Positions 59,209 through 64,000 of a DNA stretch of 64,000 nt are shown in pieces. A program made the translations under genes and the position numbers. The notes under the pieces were generated by a model, which was given only the letters and a program-made list of their open reading frames with translations, made no database searches and was not told the origin of the DNA. Source of the DNA: Mobula hypostoma (lineage: Eukaryota); NCBI RefSeq assembly GCF_963921235.1, contig NC_086109.1:8124001-8188000 (forward strand), read 5' to 3'. Within the stretch, counting starts at the first letter, position 1. Each line of letters starts with the position of its first letter.

Positions 59209-59672
59209 TGACACGGTGAAAGGTGGAAGCAGGTTCACGGGTTTGGTGAGTGAGACAGAAGTTACTGACTACGAATAAGCATAAATTAATGGTTCATTTA
59301 CAAACAGTAAAAGAATCAACCAAATGTTTAAGTCGCCCCCCCCCCCCCAAGTTGCACAAACTGCAAGAAGTAAATGGTCAATAAACAGATACTTTGCTAA
59401 GAGTGCGAGCGGGCCTTCTGAGTCCGTAAATCCGGAGCATACTTTCCCAGTGGTTCACTGCACCCTCAGTGTGAACAGCCCCTGGACACAAAAGGAAAGA
59501 GAGAGAGCCTCCTGCACCTGCTTTTCTTCTACCTGAGCTGCCTGAAACCGGACACCAGTGCCGCGGCACACAAAGCGGGAAGGAGCGGCCACGACTTTTA
59601 AACCGGCCAATCAGTGACTGACATGGTGGAAGTGCCTTTCGGCTGCCAAGTAAGGCGACACCCCACGTGACA
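59209..59672. mobile_element. Probable solo LTR (or other insert) in a CR1 3' fragment
   Basis: Termini TGACACG...CGTGACA with flanks cgtt / cgtg; alternatively a 7-bp direct repeat tgacacg. ATTGG and TTTAAAA promoter-like motifs lie on the minus strand. Confidence 0.5.
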
Positions 59673-60284
59673 CGTGGATAGGAGCGATTAGAGGGATGTG
59701 GGCCAAAGGTAGGCAAATGGGGCACCATTAGTGAGTTGGACCGAAGGACCTGTTTCAGTGCTCTATGGCTCTGACTATATCTCTCTCTGTTACGTTGCAA
59801 GACAACAGATGGACTAACGACGTGAGGACAGTTGGGACACTGGCGCAAAATCTCAAAGCTTATTATATTGGAGAACATTGCCAAACTGTTTGTAAAATTT
59901 CTACCTTGTGACATTTAATGTTGGCACAATAATACCTTGAGTCATGAAAATTAATGTGTCATTCTGTGCATCACTGACCTCATGCATTCATCTCCATTTC
60001 AGATTAAACACGAGCAATCATTTAACAAGAATGGGTCTGATCAGAGTATATCACTCAGGCCTCTCTAGTCCAACAATTCCGGAAGCATCTGCTGGAGTTT
60101 ATAACATTTGAGGGGGATTGAATATTGATGACTGGCTGTAGTCCATTAATCAAATTAACAATGAAGCTATCACAGGAGAGTACCCAAAAATTAAGATAAT
60201 TCTAAATAAATTATTATATGATAAATTATAAAGGAATTCAAATAATTACAGAAATTGTGCCTGTGCCCTCCTTACATAGAGCAG

Positions 60285-61790
60285 GTTCAAAGTAAATTGA
60301 TGAACAAAGTACATATATGTCACCATATCCAACCCTGAGATTCGTTTTCCTGTGGGCATACTCAGTAAATCCAAGAAACACAATGGAATCAGTGAAGGAC
60401 CACATCCAACAGGTTGGACAAATAACCAAAGTGCAACAGACAACAAAAGAGAGAAAGAATGAATGAATGAATGAATAAATAAACAAACAAGCAAGCAAGC
60501 AATATATTATCGAGAACATGAGATGAAGAGCCCTTGTAAATGAGTCCGTAGGTTGTGGGAACAGTTTAGTGATGGGGTCATCCTCATAGCTTGTGACACC
60601 AGACAGCCAGCCACTCTAGTGTTGTTTGGTTAATGTTGAGCAGGTCAGTGTCAGCTAAATCAGGTGAGAGTGGGCAGTTGCGCAGAACGTGTTCAAAGTT
60701 CTGCACCCTTTCACCACACTCACAGGATTCGCTGGTCTTTAAACCCCACTTCACCATATTGTCTCCCGTCCTACAAACTCCCGCTCTCGCTCTGTTGACA
60801 GTGCACCACTTCCATCTGTCAAGCAGTGCCCCGTCTGGTAACATTTCTGTGGGGTCTTGCACTGTATTGTTTGGTGGGGTTCTGGCTTCTGTTTGTTGCC
60901 AGAGGTCAATCCTGTATGTTTGGGGGGATGTTCTGTGCGGTAGTTCCTCCACTGTAGCAAAGCTTTTCCTCGATTTTAGGCGGTTGGAAACTGGCACATG
61001 ATGAAGTAGTGGGTGCCGTGGATATGTGTTCTATTTACCTTTTTCAATTTTTGTTGTAGTGTGTCTTCAGATCTCTCGGGGAGCAATGCTTGCAACTCTG
61101 TAAATGATGTTAGTGGGTGTGAGGTGCAGTGTGTCCGTGATTATTCGGCAGGCTTCGTTAAGCAACGGGTCTATTTTCTTCACATGGGCTGATCTGCCCC
61201 ACACAGGTGCACAGTATTCTGCAGTGATGGGGTGAGTAAAGTTATCCCCTCTGGTTCAAGAGCCTGATGGTTGAGGGGTAGTCACTGTTCCTGCACCTAG
61301 TGGTGTGAGTCCTGAGGCTCCTGTATCTCCTTCCTGATGGCAGCAGCGAGAAGGAGGCATGTCCTGAGTGGTGGGGGTGGGTGGGGGGGAGCGTTGTCTG
61401 AATGGATGTTGCTTTTCTGCGATAATGTTTTGTGTAGATGTGCACATTGGTGGGGAGGGCTTTACCTGTGAAGGACTGGGCCATATCCACTATTTTTGTA
61501 GGATTTTCAGATCAAGGGTGTTTCCATTCCAGGCTGTGATACAGCCGGTCAATATGCTCTCTACTACACATTCATTGAAGTTTGTCAACATTTTATTTTA
61601 GACATCATGCTGAATGTTCCCAGACTCCTAAGGAAGTAGAGACACTGCTGTGCTTTCTTTGTATTGCACTTAAGTGCGGGGCCCAGGATAAATCCTCTGA
61701 AATAACACCAAGGAATTTAAAGTTGCTAACCCTCTCCACCTCTGATCTGGCCTCGTGGACCTCTAGTTTCCTCCTCCTGAAGTCAATAAA
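60285..61790 (-). mobile_element. Rex1/Babar LINE 3' fragment (host of the Vingi insert)
   Basis: SEVERVSNFKFLGVISEDLSW and LLPSGRRYRSLRTHTTR motifs, plus a ttgaac tail. Confidence 0.8.
60579..61222 (-). mobile_element. Vingi/Ingi-like LINE 3' fragment nested in a Rex1 3' end
   Basis: 11-bp TSD agtgatggggt at 60568-60578 and 61223-61233. The minus strand encodes AEYCAPVWGRSAH...NRARAGV...KWG...CECG...EHVLRNCP (CCHC finger)...WL, with a very short 3' UTR. Confidence 0.8.
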
Positions 61791-62774
61791 TGTTGCTGAG
61801 GGAATTGTGTTACACATGAATATAATTAATTTTCTAAAACCAGGTAATTTACTGAGCAATGCTATGGCGTGGGGCACCATTCAAAAACCCGATGAGCAAA
61901 GGAATATTTCCAGGTAGTTTACAGTTCACATTCAGATCTATTTATCACATGTACATCAAAACATACAGTGAAAAGTGTCGTTTGCGTTACCAACCAATAC
62001 ATCGCAAAGGTGTGCTGGGGGCAGCCCGCAAGTGTTGTCACGCGTTCCACTGCCAATGTAGCACGTCCATCATGTCAGCAGAACAACATAGAATGCTTGA
62101 ACAAAACAGCACACTCAGAAATTCAGTCAGTGGAAGAGAAATCTTGAAGCCAGTGTCTTCCATCTCAAGCCAAAACGAAATATGTGTTTGGCTGCAATAT
62201 CCATTGTGAACTGGACCCAGTTCAGGTGGTTCTTCATCAGCCAGCAAACCAAGCATCAGAGTGTGTTTTATGGCTTCCTGTAGTATGCTACGTAGATCAG
62301 TATTCTCGTGGACACCTTCCTCAGGGCAAACTTGGTCCCCTCCCAGATCTGGATTTCAGTTCTCTTTCAGGGAATCCCAAGGAACAGAGATCTTTGCATT
62401 GTCCAGCTTGCATCCCCAGAGTCTTAACAAGTTGCGTAAACCAATTTCGAAAAGTCGGAAGCAGGATCTTTGGATCGCTGACTTGCCAGTGGATGTCCTG
62501 TCTAGACGAGGAAGGAAAGTAATGCTTTGGATTTTTCCCACAGCTTTGTGAGCTGACCTGCTATATTCCCAGGCTGAGCATGTCCATCAGCCATCAAATG
62601 CCTTGCTCTTGTCACTTCTGGGGACAAACACCAATACAGTATTCTGAACTCAGTTCAATAAATGCCCATAATTTTAACATTTTGGAATTAGGATTGATTT
62701 ATTATTGTCACATACTGAGATACAGTGAAAAGTTTGTCTTACATACTGTTCATAGTGGGGTCAAGAATCCAGTT

Positions 62775-64000
62775 TATCGCAGTAGGGAACAATGTCCTAC
62801 CCTAATATGATAGAATTCACCCTGCAGTTTGAGAGGGAGAAGATAAAGTTGGAGGTATCAGTATTACAATGGAGGAAAGGGAGTTACAAAGGCATGAGAG
62901 AGGAGCTAGCCAAAGTTGATTGGAAGGGGACACTAGCAGGGATGACAGCAGACCAGCAATGGCCAGAGTTTCCGCAAGCAATTCAGAAGGGCAGGATAGA
63001 CACATCCCAAAGAAGAACAAGTATTCTGAAGGGAGGATAAGGCAACCATGGCTGACAGAGGACGTCAAAGACAGTATAAAAGCAAAAGAGAGGGCATATA
63101 ATAGAGCAAAAATTATTGGGAGGATAGAGGATTGGGAAACTTTGGAAAAACAACACAAGGCAACTAAAAAAACCATAAAAGAGAAAAAATGAAATATAAA
63201 GGTAAGCTTGCCAAGAAAATAAAAGAGCATATAAAAAGTTTTTTTTTCAGATATATAAAGAGTAAAAGAGAGATGAGAGTGGATATCAGACTGCTGGAAG
63301 ATGATGCTGGAGAGGTAGTAATGGGGGATAAAGAAATGGCGGATGAATTTAATTAGTATTTTGCATCAGTCTTCATGGTGGAAGATACTTAGCAGTATGT
63401 CAGAAATGCAAGAGTCAGGGTAGAAGTGAGTGTTGTTGCTGTTACTAGGGAGAAAAGTGCTTGGAAAGCTGAAAAGTCTGAGGGTAGATAGGTCACCTGG
63501 ACCAGATAGTCTACATTCCAGGGTTCTGAAAGAGGTAACTGAAGCGATTGTGGAGGCATTAGTAATGATTTTTAAAGAATCACTATATTCTGGCATGGTT
63601 CAGGGGGATTGGAAAATTGCAAAGTCTCTCCACTTATTAAGAAGGGAGGGCGAGAGAAGGAAGGAAAATATAGGCCAGTTAGCCTGACTTCAGTGGTTGG
63701 AAAGATGTTAGAGTCTATTATTAAGGATGAGCTTTTGGGGTACATGGGAGACACATGACAAAATAGGCCAAAGACAGCATGGTTTCCTTAAGGGGAAATC
63801 TTGCCTGATCAGTATGTTAGAATTCTCTGAGCAACTAACAGGCAGGATAGACAAAGGAGAGTCAGTGGGTGTTGTTTATTTGGATTTTCAGAAGGTCTTA
63901 GTCAAGGTGCCGCCCAAGGCTGCTGATCAAGTTAAGAGCCCACGATATTACAGGAAAGATACTATCATGGTTAGATGATTGGCTGACTGGCAGGAGGCAG
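62775..64000 (+). mobile_element. CR1 LINE ORF2 fragment running off the window
   Basis: NMIEFTLQFE, DRSPGPDSLHSRVLKE, QHGFLKGKSCL and VYLDFQK, with frameshifts. Similar to the 53120-54000 copy. Confidence 0.88.

Noticed and set aside
22669..64000. Next PMCA exon (expected ...PPKKPKTFL.LVWEALQD...)
   Set aside because: Not found by eye or in the ORF track, so it is presumably beyond the window. TBLASTN would settle this.

Overview
This window is eukaryotic, repeat-dense DNA. The repeat set (HE1-like V-SINEs, CR1/HER1-like LINEs, Rex1/Babar LINEs, Penelope-like elements) points to a cartilaginous fish, probably a ray or shark (inference). The only host coding sequence I can support is the first coding exon of a plasma-membrane Ca2+-ATPase, most like ATP2B4/PMCA4: + strand, CDS 22473-22668, phase-1 GT donor, with three uORFs in its putative 5'UTR. 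I did not find the next PMCA exon, so the rest reads as intron: more than 41 kb downstream, and probably intron 1 upstream. The mobile elements are heavily nested. They include a nearly intact CR1 (38.1-41.4 kb), older CR1, Rex1, RTE and Vingi fragments, several SINE families, Tigger, Tc1, hAT and Harbinger non-autonomous elements, two probable solo LTRs and a 39-unit 20-bp minisatellite. The most interesting signals are: (1) about 10 Penelope pseudo-LTRs with minimal hammerhead-ribozyme cores, one with an intact core in the sense of the ATP2B4 pre-mRNA and an inverted cluster about 105 nt after the splice donor; (2) a SINE whose body resembles SINEs I recall from cnidarians; (3) a recurrent structured RTE 5' motif; (4) an apparent composite Tc1-MITE element; (5) a reconstructable fold-back templated insertion. 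Family names come from motif recognition only, with no database search. Boundaries without a TSD are approximate.
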